DNA of 64,000 nucleotides from Patescibacteria group bacterium (GTDB taxonomy: Bacteria > Patescibacteriota > Minisyncoccia > Phycocordibacterales > Phycocordibacteraceae), in the NCBI GenBank assembly GCA_038064595.1, contig JBBTSV010000009.1, positions 8,769-72,768 on the forward strand. Direction: 5' to 3'. How positions within the stretch are numbered: the first letter of the stretch is position 1; each line of letters begins with the position of its first letter. The notes beneath the pieces are model-generated. The model made no database searches. It saw only the letters and a list, made by a program, of their open reading frames with translations, and had not been told where the DNA came from. Shown one piece after another: positions 1 through 8,570 of this stretch. A program made the translations under genes and the position numbers.

Positions 1-267
1 GTTGAGCTCTTGGAACGTGGGGTAGAGCTTGGCCAGCTCCTCGAGCTCAGTCGGACAAATAAAGGTGAAGTCAGCAGGATAGAAGACGAGTACTGTCCAC
101 TTGCCACGCAGCTTCGAGAAACTCATGGTGTGTATCGCACCCTTGTGATACACCTCAAATTCAAAATCGGGAGCAGACTCCCCCACCTTCACCAAGGAGA
201 GGTGGTCGTGCACAAAGTCGTGGAACTCACCACAGTGTTCACAATAGTTGCTCTTGGTCTCTTTCAT
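1..267 (-). CDS. Peroxiredoxin (AhpC/TSA family), N-terminal 89 aa; gene continues past window start
   Basis: Reverse-strand translation from ATG at 265-267 reads MKETKSNYCEHCGEFHDFVHDHLSLVKVGESAPDFEFEVYHKGAIHTMSFSKLRGKWTVLVFYPADFTFICPTELEEL. The FTF(I/V)CPTE motif is the Prx peroxidatic-Cys motif. ORF is open to the window edge. Confidence 0.7.
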   Translation of the reverse strand, partial: MKETKSNYCEHCGEFHDFVHDHLSLVKVGESAPDFEFEVYHKGAIHTMSFSKLRGKWTVLVFYPADFTFICPTELEELAKLYPTFQELN

Positions 268-313
268 ACAAATGGAGTTTTTATTGATAAGGTGTAAAAC
301 TAGTCTACACGGT

Positions 314-1180
314 ATGATGCGCAACGCCAAATCGCTCAAAATCCTCTGTATCGCCGGGCCGACCGCTTCGGGTAAGTCTCCGCGCGCGGTCGAGGAGGCG
401 CTTCTGCGCGAGGGCGAGATTATCTCGGTCGATTCACGCCAAGTCTACCGCGGGCTCGACATCGGGACCGAGAAGATCACTACCGAGGAGATGCGAGACG
501 TGCCGCACCACCTGATCGACATTCGTGAGGTACACGAGCCCTACTCTGCCGGCGACTTCGTCGCTGATGCGACGCGCCTAATTGAGGAAATCTCGGCGCG
601 CGGCAAGCTGCCGATCTTGGTAGGCGGAACGCACTTTTACTTTGACGCACTCCTCTTAGGGCTCCCTGCGGTAGAGGGTGATCCGATGCTGCGCGCAGAA
701 CTTGAAAAGCTCTCGACCGAGGAGCTTTTTGCGCGCGTCCGCTCCGCGGACGCGCGCAGAGCGAGCGAACTCGACCCCAAAAATCGTCGGCGCCTCATTC
801 GTGCGCTCGAAATAATCGCCTCCCTCGGCAGCGTCCCGTCCCGCGCTGTACCTACGCCCCCTTTTGGAACAAGGTTTAACCTTGTTGAATGGATCGTGAT
901 TGACCCCTCGAGAGAGGAGTTGCGGCCGCGCATTGACGCCCGGCTTGAGGCCGCGCTTGCGCGCGGCCTCGTCGACGAAGTGCGTCGTGTGCGCGAGCAG
1001 GTCGGCGACGCGCGCCTCAACGAGCTCGGGCTTGAGTATAAAATCGTAGGTGAATATCTGCGTAATGAGCGCAGTGAGGAGTCGCTCCTCCCCGCTCTCT
1101 CGAGCAAGCTCTGGCAGTATGCGCGTCGCCAGAAAGCCTGGCTGCGCAAACTCCAACTTGGGGGTCCGACCCCCAAGTAA
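314..1180 (+). CDS. miaA: tRNA dimethylallyltransferase
   Basis: ILCIAGPTASGKS P-loop, DSRQVYRGLDIGTEKIT, HHLIDI, GGTHFY: the canonical MiaA motif order. Start is taken at the internal MM just before the P-loop. The C-terminal LGGPTPK plus stop codon is encoded by the P1 palindrome. Confidence 0.85.
   Translation: MMRNAKSLKILCIAGPTASGKSPRAVEEALLREGEIISVDSRQVYRGLDIGTEKITTEEMRDVPHHLIDIREVHEPYSAGDFVADATRLIEEISARGKLPILVGGTHFYFDALLLGLPAVEGDPMLRAELEKLSTEELFARVRSADARRASELDPKNRRRLIRALEIIASLGSVPSRAVPTPPFGTRFNLVEWIVIDPSREELRPRIDARLEAALARGLVDEVRRVREQVGDARLNELGLEYKIVGEYLRNERSEESLLPALSSKLWQYARRQKAWLRKLQLGGPTPK
1157..1177. repeat. P1 palindromic element copy a (CTTGGGGGTCCGACCCCCAAG) forming the miaA 3' end and stop
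   Basis: Perfect 21-nt palindrome, identical to copies at 2350, 45442 and 57947. Confidence 0.9.
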
Positions 1181-1215
1181 ACGAATCGCCCCTCGCGGAG
1201 CAATCCGCGAGGGGG

Positions 1216-1485
1216 CTAGACCCTCTTGTCGATCTGAATCAGCAAGTCGTCGATCTGCTTTTTCATCACCTCAAAACGCTGTTTGGTGTCGGCCTGCGCC
1301 GCAAACTCCTGTTCGAGGGGCTCCAGGATGGTCTGCAGTATGCAGACGAGCTCTCGGAGCTTTTCTGTTCGCCTTCCTCTCATGGGTTGGTTGACCCATA
1401 CCAGGTTCTGAACATCGAGCTCCGCGACCGCGAAATTAACCGCGACCAGAGACTCGATGTGGATTAGGCAGTCCTTTGTCATCAT
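1216..1485 (-). CDS. Hypothetical small protein (89 aa)
   Basis: ORF starting MMTKDCLIHIESLVAV..., with an AAAGGAG Shine-Dalgarno sequence 5 nt upstream of the ATG on the minus strand (plus-strand ctccttt at 1491-1497). No recognisable family. Confidence 0.45.
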   Translation of the reverse strand: MMTKDCLIHIESLVAVNFAVAELDVQNLVWVNQPMRGRRTEKLRELVCILQTILEPLEQEFAAQADTKQRFEVMKKQIDDLLIQIDKRV

Positions 1486-1537
1486 GGTGCTCCTTTCGAG
1501 CATTGTTGGATCCGCTGTTTGTATAGCACAGGAGAAG

Positions 1538-1572
1538 TATAAAAACAAAAGGCCCGTCACAATCGACGGGCC
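1538..1572 (-). terminator. Intrinsic terminator (GGCCCGTC-acaatc-GACGGGCC followed by a T-tract on the minus strand)
   Basis: Perfect 8-bp GC-rich stem with a 6-nt loop, followed on the minus strand by TTTTGTTTTTAT. Confidence 0.75.
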
Positions 1573-1831
1573 TGGGCGGGGACGAGAACGATTGGTTTTG
1601 GGGACTACTTCCCCGGGGCTCCTCTGGCTGCCCATCGTTCTCGCCCCCGACTTACATTGCATCCACGCCAGAGGTGGATGGCTGCACGCCTCACTCGGCG
1701 TCCCGCGTCTACACAGCTCAAGAGCGGGTCGAGGCCTCACACAGACCTCGGAAGGGCTTGTTGGCTTATTACTCCTATCTCCACACCGGGAGAGACAGAG
1801 GAGCGGCTAAGCTCTGAAGGCAAACAAGCTA
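1546..1831 (-). ncRNA. Candidate structured ncRNA or riboswitch-like leader (about 290 nt), identity unknown
   Basis: Bounded by a TTGACA-16-TATACT promoter and a perfect intrinsic terminator on the minus strand. No credible ORF. Internal long-range complementarity (GGGGACGAGAACGAT at 1577-1591 with ATCGTTCTCGCCCCC at 1636-1650) and a nested hairpin GGGGA-ctact-TCCCC. No match recognised by eye to the tmRNA, RNase P, SRP or 6S consensus. Confidence 0.35.
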
Positions 1832-1836
1832 GTTCA

Positions 1837-1864
1837 AGTATACACTCCCCCACCCTTTTGTCAA
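1837..1864 (-). promoter_or_regulatory. Sigma-70-like promoter, TTGACA-16 nt-TATACT, minus strand
   Basis: Plus-strand tgtcaa at about 1859-1864 and agtata at about 1837-1842 give a perfect -35 and a 5/6 -10 on the minus strand. Confidence 0.55.
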
Positions 1865-1976
1865 CCCCCGTAAGTGGTTCTCCCCATCTGGCCCGCAAAA
1901 CGCAGTGCGCTGCTGCTGGTATGATATATCATACCTTTTTTCCCTGATCGACTTAGAGACCTACGATGTCCGTAGG
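1859..1976 (-). repeat. Promoter-containing repeated module, copy A (about 118 bp; includes the GGTATGATATATCATACC palindrome and a TACGATGTCCGTA motif)
   Basis: Near-identical to 44621-44737 from the -35 TTGAC through gcgttttgcg-gtgcgctgctgctggtatgatatatcatacctttt-ccctgatcgacttag-gac-tacgatgtcc. Confidence 0.8.
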
Positions 1977-2038
1977 TGGGAGTTATAAACACACAAGCCC
2001 ACACGGGGTGGGCTTGTTTTCGGCGCGAGAAGGGGCGA

Positions 2039-2263
2039 TCAATCGGCTGCTGCCTCTCCCACACGCTTGGCAAGCATGGCCAGATATTTCTGGTTGCCCG
2101 TGCCGCGGTTGTGGTCGAAGAAGATGCCGCATGCAGTGCAGCACTCGACCATCCCGATCTCGTACTGCCCACTGCCGCAGTTGGGGCACGGCGGCTTCGC
2201 CGTATCGAGCGGCGCGACGAGGGCCGCCAAGGCTGGCGGCACATTTGAAAACGGTGGTGGCAT
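2039..2263 (-). CDS. Putative zinc-ribbon small protein (74 aa)
   Basis: MPPPFSNV...CPNCGSGQYEIGMVECCTACGIFFD gives a CxxC-18-CxxC arrangement. AAGAAAGG Shine-Dalgarno sequence 8 nt upstream of the ATG on the minus strand. Confidence 0.4.
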   Translation of the reverse strand: MPPPFSNVPPALAALVAPLDTAKPPCPNCGSGQYEIGMVECCTACGIFFDHNRGTGNQKYLAMLAKRVGEAAAD

Positions 2264-2345
2264 GAAAGGACCTTTCTTGTTGTCAGGAGACATTCCCGAC
2301 CCAGACTCAAAGCTACCCTCCCTCCCCCACCCCGTCAAGAATTCC

Positions 2346-2374
2346 CCAACTTGGGGGTCCGACCCCCAAGTTGG
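2346..2374. repeat. P1 palindromic element copy b (extended 29-nt palindrome CCAACTTGGGGGTCCGACCCCCAAGTTGG), intergenic
   Basis: Perfect palindrome, immediately followed by GGGACTTACGATGTCCGTA, which supplies the stop codon of the next gene. Confidence 0.9.
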
Positions 2375-2377
2375 GAC

Positions 2378-2806
2378 TTACGATGTCCGTAGATTGCCGT
2401 TGCGGGATTTGAGGTACTTCCAGCCGATGAGGAGGAAAGAGACGACAGTCAGAACCTGCGCGGCGAGCCGCGCCGCGTCGTCTCGGTAGAATGGATAGAG
2501 ATCCATGAACCCGCCAGACGTGACGGGATTTGAGGCGATGAAAATAATCGAGAGTGGCACCGCCCACACTGCCAGCTTGAGCCAGGAGTTAAAAATGGGT
2601 CGGGAAATCAGGACCAAAATAATCGTGAGAGGTAGGAGGTAGAGAGAAAAATTATAGAATGGGTTTGTAAAGTACTGGTAGATATGGCTGACCCAATTGC
2701 TATAACATACTCCGTATGAATACATACACCAATAACTAAAGTGGGCAAATCCGACGCCAACCAGTGCGATGACGAGTGGCACACTCTGCATGAGTTTGTT
2801 TTTCAT
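2378..2806 (-). CDS. Hypothetical polytopic membrane protein (142 aa)
   Basis: Several hydrophobic helices, no recognisable family. The stop codon lies within the ACGATGTCCGTA motif. Confidence 0.5.
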   Translation of the reverse strand: MKNKLMQSVPLVIALVGVGFAHFSYWCMYSYGVCYSNWVSHIYQYFTNPFYNFSLYLLPLTIILVLISRPIFNSWLKLAVWAVPLSIIFIASNPVTSGGFMDLYPFYRDDAARLAAQVLTVVSFLLIGWKYLKSRNGNLRTS

Positions 2807-2812
2807 TTTTGG

Positions 2813-5800
2813 TCAAAAGAGTTTTTTGAATGCAGTCCAGAGTCCATACGCACCATTATAGACTGCCGCGCCCACCTTCTTGAGCCATGACTGTTGAGAG
2901 ACTGCGTCAAGAGCTGATGCTGTCTGCGGGACATTCACTGGTGCCTTTTTCACTGTCGTAGTAGCCACTGTTACTGTCTTCTTGGTTTGAGCTACCTTCT
3001 TAGTAGTCGTGCTCGTAGCGGGGGGATGAGTGATAACGGGGCTCAGAGCCACTGTCGCTGTCGTCGTAGCGATAACAGGAATGGAGATGGCGCCAGCGCC
3101 TCCGCCAGAGCTTGCCTCTGGTACTGGAGGGGCTTGAGCTGGAGGCTCGTAGCTCACGGTCTCACCGGCCTTAAAGCCAATCAAGAGATCCTCTCTCCCA
3201 TCTCCGTCCTCATCCACCCGGAGCGTAGAGGCTGTGTCGAGGCCGCCGGAGATGTTGAGTCTCACGCTCGTTTTGGGAGTCACGGGGACGTCTGCGATGC
3301 TGCTTGAGGTGGCCACCACCCCACCCACGCTCTCCTCAATGTCGAGTGTGAAGGTCCCAGTATCTTGACCATACAACGTGAGTTCATATCGGCCACTCTC
3401 GGGTACGATGAGGTATTTAAGCTCGCCGAGCTCTCCGTAGGTCGAGCTTGGGATGTCTTCTGTGACCGACCCGTCGACAGCAAGGCCGGTGATATTGCCG
3501 AGTGAGTCTGTGGCCTGGAGAGTGAGTGGTGAGTGGAGGAAAAAGATGAGTTTCTTTTCGGAGGTGGATTCTGGTTGAGTAACAGTGATGAAGTTTGGCA
3601 AAGGATCAGAACCCTCCCTAATACTGTTTTGAATAAAATCCTTTAGCAAAGGTATCTCAAAAAGATTTTTGTGATCAAATTTTGTTTTAGTGCCGGGAAT
3701 GTTATTGATCTTTGCCAAATCAACCCAATACCTCTTCACGGCTGTGCTGGAGGCCATCATGATCGCGCTCGGGACGGTGACGGTACCATCGCCGTCTTCG
3801 ACAAAGATGGGCTTGTAGAGACGCTTTGACTTCCCGGGAGGAGAGTAGAAATTGATCCCTGCGAGTGTGTCGATGCCCCACCCGGCGATCTGATCGACTT
3901 TTATGCCGTCTGGCGGGGTCCAGAAGTCGAGTGCCGCGTGCTGCCTATTTGCGTAGTCAATCAGATCGGCATTAAGAATCTCTGCAGACTTGACGTCTTT
4001 TTCTTCCGGCTTCTCTCGCCCACCCTCCTTGGCGAGAAGAAAGTCGGCGAGCGCGACACGGTTTGCTATCGTTGCGCCATATGCTGCAAACTCTTTGGTG
4101 TACCCATTTCCTGAAAAGCGTATGACCGGGTGCGCTGCATCTCCCATAGTGCTCTCAAGGTAGTACTCCGACGGGAGGAGGTGGTATGCCATAGGCGCAT
4201 TCTGTGCGAGCGCCCGAGCGGTCGCTTCGTGCACAATCGAGAACCCGAGAAACGAGATGCCTTGGTTGTATCCGTACAAAAGCGCCCCGATGCTCTCCGG
4301 GGCGCCGCTCTGCGGCGCCCCGACCATAATCACCTTGTCCACCAGCGTGGGAGCTGCACTCCCGAGCTTTTTCAAGAGCGCCTTGGCAAGAAGACCGCCA
4401 TTGCTGTGCGCGACAATTGTCACCTTTCCGCTCTTCGATGAGGCGGCGAGCCGACGTAACTCCTGCAGTACATACGGAGTCGATGTGGCTCGCAAGTCTC
4501 CGGAGTAGTAGATGCGGCCATCTTTATTGTTCCCATAGGCGAGAATGTCGTCGAGAGAAAGTCGCCAATCATAGGCGATCGGCTCCCAGTCGTTGATAGT
4601 CCCATCGGCTTTGAGCGCATCCATCTGTGCGACGAGCGAGTCGTAGATCTTCCCGCCGAAGGGGATCTCTTCTATCACATCGCGCTCTTTTGCGTAAATA
4701 TCAAAACGCGCGCTCGTGCCGTCGGCGTTGAGATAGAGGTCTTTCATATCCGTATCACCCGCAGGTTCCCAAAGCTTCTCCGTCCCGCCATCATAATCAG
4801 GACGATAGAGCCGGCTCCCCTCTATACCGGGCAGAAAGAGAACATTTGAGAAGCCTGAGGTCGCCACGCCCCACGACGTAAGCCAAGGTGAGAACTGGAC
4901 CGTACTTCCCGTGACATACTCGACTGCGTTACCCGTGCCGCCAAGATTATCCGGGTCGTTATAAGGGCCACTCACATCGCCCCAGAAATTGTCGGTGGCA
5001 TCGATCGTTGCGGCGACATGTACCACAAGCCCTCCTGAGGTGTTGTCCGCGATCTTGTTCTGCGAGAGCGTATACAAAGAATTTGTTCCGTACGTGCTTA
5101 TACCCGTGTCATTCTGCGTAATTTCAGTATTGGTAAGCGCCAGTTCATTCGAAAATTCAGGCCTCGACCCGTAATCGGCGACCCCCGCTCCGTACGGAAA
5201 CTCAGAAATAATCGAGTCTCGCATTTCTATTTTCCCACCGTTAAAGGTAACGAGCGCGTCCCCCGTGCCCCCGATCATGCGCACCCCAGTAAGCGCGAGG
5301 CGTGCATCAGCAACTTCTATCGCGTCAAAAGCATCGGTATTGGTTATAGTCGCATCCTGTACGGTGAGTGACGACTGATCGTAGACCGCTAGGGCTGGTC
5401 CGTCTGAGATGGTATCGAACCGCGCATCGCGCATTTCAATAGAGCTCTGGACAAAGGTCATGACCGCTCCAGAGCTGTCAGAAATAGAACGTATCGTTGA
5501 GCTTGCCACACGAGCGCTACTGCCCACGTATACCGCAATAACTTGAGAGGAAACACCCTCAGCAAGAAAGTCAGAGATTGATGCGTGGCTGTTCTGGTAG
5601 ATCTGGATGCCGAAGTCCACGTTGTGCAGCGTGACCTGTGCAAGTGTCGCAGTACTCCCATAGCTAAGCTCGACCGCGGCATCTAAGATACGCTCAAAAC
5701 GGGCACGCTCAAGAAAAAGAGTTCCTCCTGATACAAGGATCCCACGATCGCTATCCTTCACAACAGAGTCAGAAAAGGTGAGTGGGTTCTTGCTGTCGTC

Positions 5801-6169
5801 ACGGAGAGTAGAGAGGTGTTCAAATTCAACCCACCGAAACGTTGACGAAAGACTCCCTGCGTCGAGATGCAGTGACCATGACCCGCTCGGTGCCGTAAGT
5901 GCGATGGGCGCGTCTTCTGTTCCTTGTGCACTGATCGCGCCGTGCACCTTCAAGCTGCTCCCAGGGGCAAAGTGTACGACAACCTCCGGCTCAATTGAGA
6001 GTGTGACACCCGCACCAATCGACACCACACCCTCAACAAGGTACGGACTTCCCTCTTTGGTCCATGTCGTCGATTCTGAAATAGATTCAGCGACCAGAGT
6101 GTCAGCAAAAGCGGTACCTGCGCTTAAGAAAAAAACGCAGACGATGCCGGTGCATATTGCCGCCTTCAT
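2813..6169 (-). CDS. Large secreted protein (1118 aa): signal peptide, parallel beta-helix-like repeats, lipase/esterase-like alpha/beta-hydrolase segment, Pro/Thr-rich stalk
   Basis: N-terminal MKAAICTGIVCVFFLSAGTAFA signal peptide. Repetitive Ser/Thr/Asp/Gly beta-helix-like segments. VTIVAHSNGGLLAKALL GXSXG-type nucleophile elbow. C-terminal PPAQAPPVPE...TTTATVALSP low-complexity stalk. Confidence 0.8.
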   Translation of the reverse strand: MKAAICTGIVCVFFLSAGTAFADTLVAESISESTTWTKEGSPYLVEGVVSIGAGVTLSIEPEVVVHFAPGSSLKVHGAISAQGTEDAPIALTAPSGSWSLHLDAGSLSSTFRWVEFEHLSTLRDDSKNPLTFSDSVVKDSDRGILVSGGTLFLERARFERILDAAVELSYGSTATLAQVTLHNVDFGIQIYQNSHASISDFLAEGVSSQVIAVYVGSSARVASSTIRSISDSSGAVMTFVQSSIEMRDARFDTISDGPALAVYDQSSLTVQDATITNTDAFDAIEVADARLALTGVRMIGGTGDALVTFNGGKIEMRDSIISEFPYGAGVADYGSRPEFSNELALTNTEITQNDTGISTYGTNSLYTLSQNKIADNTSGGLVVHVAATIDATDNFWGDVSGPYNDPDNLGGTGNAVEYVTGSTVQFSPWLTSWGVATSGFSNVLFLPGIEGSRLYRPDYDGGTEKLWEPAGDTDMKDLYLNADGTSARFDIYAKERDVIEEIPFGGKIYDSLVAQMDALKADGTINDWEPIAYDWRLSLDDILAYGNNKDGRIYYSGDLRATSTPYVLQELRRLAASSKSGKVTIVAHSNGGLLAKALLKKLGSAAPTLVDKVIMVGAPQSGAPESIGALLYGYNQGISFLGFSIVHEATARALAQNAPMAYHLLPSEYYLESTMGDAAHPVIRFSGNGYTKEFAAYGATIANRVALADFLLAKEGGREKPEEKDVKSAEILNADLIDYANRQHAALDFWTPPDGIKVDQIAGWGIDTLAGINFYSPPGKSKRLYKPIFVEDGDGTVTVPSAIMMASSTAVKRYWVDLAKINNIPGTKTKFDHKNLFEIPLLKDFIQNSIREGSDPLPNFITVTQPESTSEKKLIFFLHSPLTLQATDSLGNITGLAVDGSVTEDIPSSTYGELGELKYLIVPESGRYELTLYGQDTGTFTLDIEESVGGVVATSSSIADVPVTPKTSVRLNISGGLDTASTLRVDEDGDGREDLLIGFKAGETVSYEPPAQAPPVPEASSGGGAGAISIPVIATTTATVALSPVITHPPATSTTTKKVAQTKKTVTVATTTVKKAPVNVPQTASALDAVSQQSWLKKVGAAVYNGAYGLWTAFKKLF

Positions 6170-6208
6170 AGGAAAGGGGGTATGCCACTATGGTATCATC
6201 TCCACATC

Positions 6209-7879
6209 ATGGGTACATCAGTGGAAGATCTGAAAGAATCGTTGCAGGGGGTGATGAGGGGGGAGGTGAAGGATGACGAGGCGAGCCGTAGAGCGGCGAG
6301 CCGAGATACCTCGCTCTTTGAGCGGATGCCGTCGCTCGTGGTCTGCCCTGCTGATGCGGAGGACGTGAGCGCGGTGGTGAAGGAGGTGCGGCGCGCCCGC
6401 GAAGCGGGCGCGGAGATCTCTCTCACTGCTCGTGCCGGAGGTACCGACATGTCGGGCGGCCCACTGACTACCAGTGTGGTCCTCTCACTCACCCAACACC
6501 TGAATCACATTGCCGAGGTTGGCAACGACTACGCGATAACTGAACCGGGAGTGTATTATCGCGACTTCGAGAAAGCGACCCTCGAGAAGGGTCTCATCCT
6601 CCCCTCCTACCCCGCGAGCCGCGAGATCGCTGCAATGGGCGGTATCGTCGCCAACAACTCCGCCGGCGAGCGTACGCTTGAGTATGGACAAACCGAGCGG
6701 TATATCGAGGAGATGGATGTCGTCCTCTCTGACGGCTCGACGGCCCACTTTGGCCCCCTCACCCCTACCGAGCTCGAAGAGAAAAAGGGCCTCCAGAATC
6801 TTGAGGGGGAGATCTACCGCACTATGGACACTCTCCTTGCCGAGAACGCTGCCTTAATAGAGGAGAAACGCCCCAAGGTGTCCAAGAATGCGGCCGGTTA
6901 TGGCCTCTGGCGCGTCAAGGATCCTGCCACCGGCACTTTCAACCTCGCCCAACTTATCTGCGGCTCGCAGGGCACCCTCGCGCTCTGGACGAAGGCAAAG
7001 CTCTCGCTCGTAAAGCCTAAGGAGCATCGCGCGATGCTCGTCATCTTTCTCCATGAGATGGGGCTCCTCCCTGAAATCGTACAGCGCGTCCTCCCACACA
7101 ACCCGGAGTCATTTGAGTCCTACGACGACCACACCTTCACGCTCGCGGTGAAGTTTCTCCCCCAGGTGCTCTCTCAAATGGGCTTTATCAAGGCAGCCAA
7201 GCTCGGGATAGATTTTCTCCCTGAAGCGGCGATGGTCGCCACCGGCGGGGTGCCGAAGATGATCCTCATGGCCGAGTTCTCCGATGACACGATCGAGGCG
7301 GCTGACGCGCGCGCCGAGGCGGCGCGCGTCGCTCTCGTCGACCTCAACCTCCAGATGAAAATCGAAAAGGATGAGAAGGAGTCGGAGAAGTATTGGATCG
7401 TTCGTCGCGAGAGCTTCAACCTGCTCCGTAAAAATGTCCACGGGCTCCACACAGCACCCTTCATCGACGACTTTGTCGTCCCACCCACAAGCTACTCTGA
7501 ATTTTTGCCAAAATTGAATGCGCTTCTCGCTGAGTACTCCTCTCACTTCATCTACACCGTCGCGGGACACGTGGGTAACGGCAACTTCCATATCATCCCG
7601 CTCATGGATCTCACCAAAGAAGAGAATCGCCAGGTGATCCTCGATCTCGCGCCGCGCGTCTACGAGCTGGTGATTAAAGAAGGCGGCACCACCACCGGCG
7701 AGCACAACGACGGCATTATCCGCACCCCGTATCTCCCGATGCTCTTTGGCGAAGAGATGGTCGCGCTCTTTGAAAAGACGAAGAAAGTCTTTGACCCGCT
7801 CAACATTTTTAATCCTGGGAAAAAGGTCGGGGGCGTCTTCGAAGATATAAAAAGAGACATGCTGAAATCAGTGACTTGA
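6209..7879 (+). CDS. FAD-linked oxidase (GlcD / D-lactate dehydrogenase family)
   Basis: FAD-binding PCMH-like N-terminal domain (VVCPADAEDVSAVVKEVRRAREAGAEISLTARAGGTDMSGGP) and a C-terminal FAD-oxidase_C-like region. Start taken at the internal MGTSVEDL; the ORF extends to 6182. Confidence 0.7.
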   Translation: MGTSVEDLKESLQGVMRGEVKDDEASRRAASRDTSLFERMPSLVVCPADAEDVSAVVKEVRRAREAGAEISLTARAGGTDMSGGPLTTSVVLSLTQHLNHIAEVGNDYAITEPGVYYRDFEKATLEKGLILPSYPASREIAAMGGIVANNSAGERTLEYGQTERYIEEMDVVLSDGSTAHFGPLTPTELEEKKGLQNLEGEIYRTMDTLLAENAALIEEKRPKVSKNAAGYGLWRVKDPATGTFNLAQLICGSQGTLALWTKAKLSLVKPKEHRAMLVIFLHEMGLLPEIVQRVLPHNPESFESYDDHTFTLAVKFLPQVLSQMGFIKAAKLGIDFLPEAAMVATGGVPKMILMAEFSDDTIEAADARAEAARVALVDLNLQMKIEKDEKESEKYWIVRRESFNLLRKNVHGLHTAPFIDDFVVPPTSYSEFLPKLNALLAEYSSHFIYTVAGHVGNGNFHIIPLMDLTKEENRQVILDLAPRVYELVIKEGGTTTGEHNDGIIRTPYLPMLFGEEMVALFEKTKKVFDPLNIFNPGKKVGGVFEDIKRDMLKSVT

Positions 7880-8570
7880 AACAGCAAAGGCGCCCGTAGG
7901 CGCCTTTGATTTTGTGCATCGCGTCGATACATCAGTGCGCGGCTGCCCGCGCAATAATGCTCTCTGCAAGCCGGGGGGTGAGCTCAAGGAGTAGCAGCCG
8001 CGCGCGCATACTCTGCGAACGCATGAGTAGGTCGATGTTCTGCGGATGCAGCGCACACGACTGACACACACGACACGGGAGGGTGCACTCACTGCCGGGA
8101 CAGCTTGGGGAGGATATTTCCTCGCCCACCGGGAGCCTTTTGGTCGCAGCCATACTACGACCTCAACCCTGAACGTTGCCCGCGCTCTGCGGGTGCACGT
8201 TCCAGGCACTCCTGCCGCAGACGCGCGCCATATCGTGGCTTCTCGGCGAGAAGCCCGAGTCGGCGTTTGCGTCGCTCTGCCCGTGCCTGCTCAAAGAGCT
8301 CCGGTTCTTGGACCTCCAGCGGCTCGCTGGGAGGAACGTAGTCAAACACATGGTTCCGCATCTCACACTCCTTGGTTGTTGTTGTCCGAGCCCTCGGTAT
8401 GGGCTCGACGTTTTTGATACTACGCCTTCATTCTAAAAAGACAATCCGCTGTGCACAGAGCACAGAGTCTGCTACTATACTCCGCATATGAAACGCGCTT
8501 TCGCCATCGTTATTGTCGTCCTCCTTGTGCTCGGGATGATCGGGAGTCTCCTGCCAACCTTTTTTATTAG

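Noticed and set aside
1546-1831. Attempted to identify the candidate RNA as tmRNA, RNase P RNA, SRP RNA or 6S RNA.
   Set aside because: I found no GGAAAGUCC P4 motif, no T-loop GGUUCGANUCC with a CCA-adjacent acceptor stem, and no GGAAGG...AGCAGCC SRP domain IV, so it remains an unidentified structured RNA.
7932-8361. Two adjacent Cys-rich minus-strand ORFs (CPGSECTLPCRVCQSC) in different frames, a possible frameshifted zinc-finger gene.
   Set aside because: No recognisable family or ribosome-binding site, and the frames conflict with plus-strand ORFs of similar quality. Evidence is insufficient.
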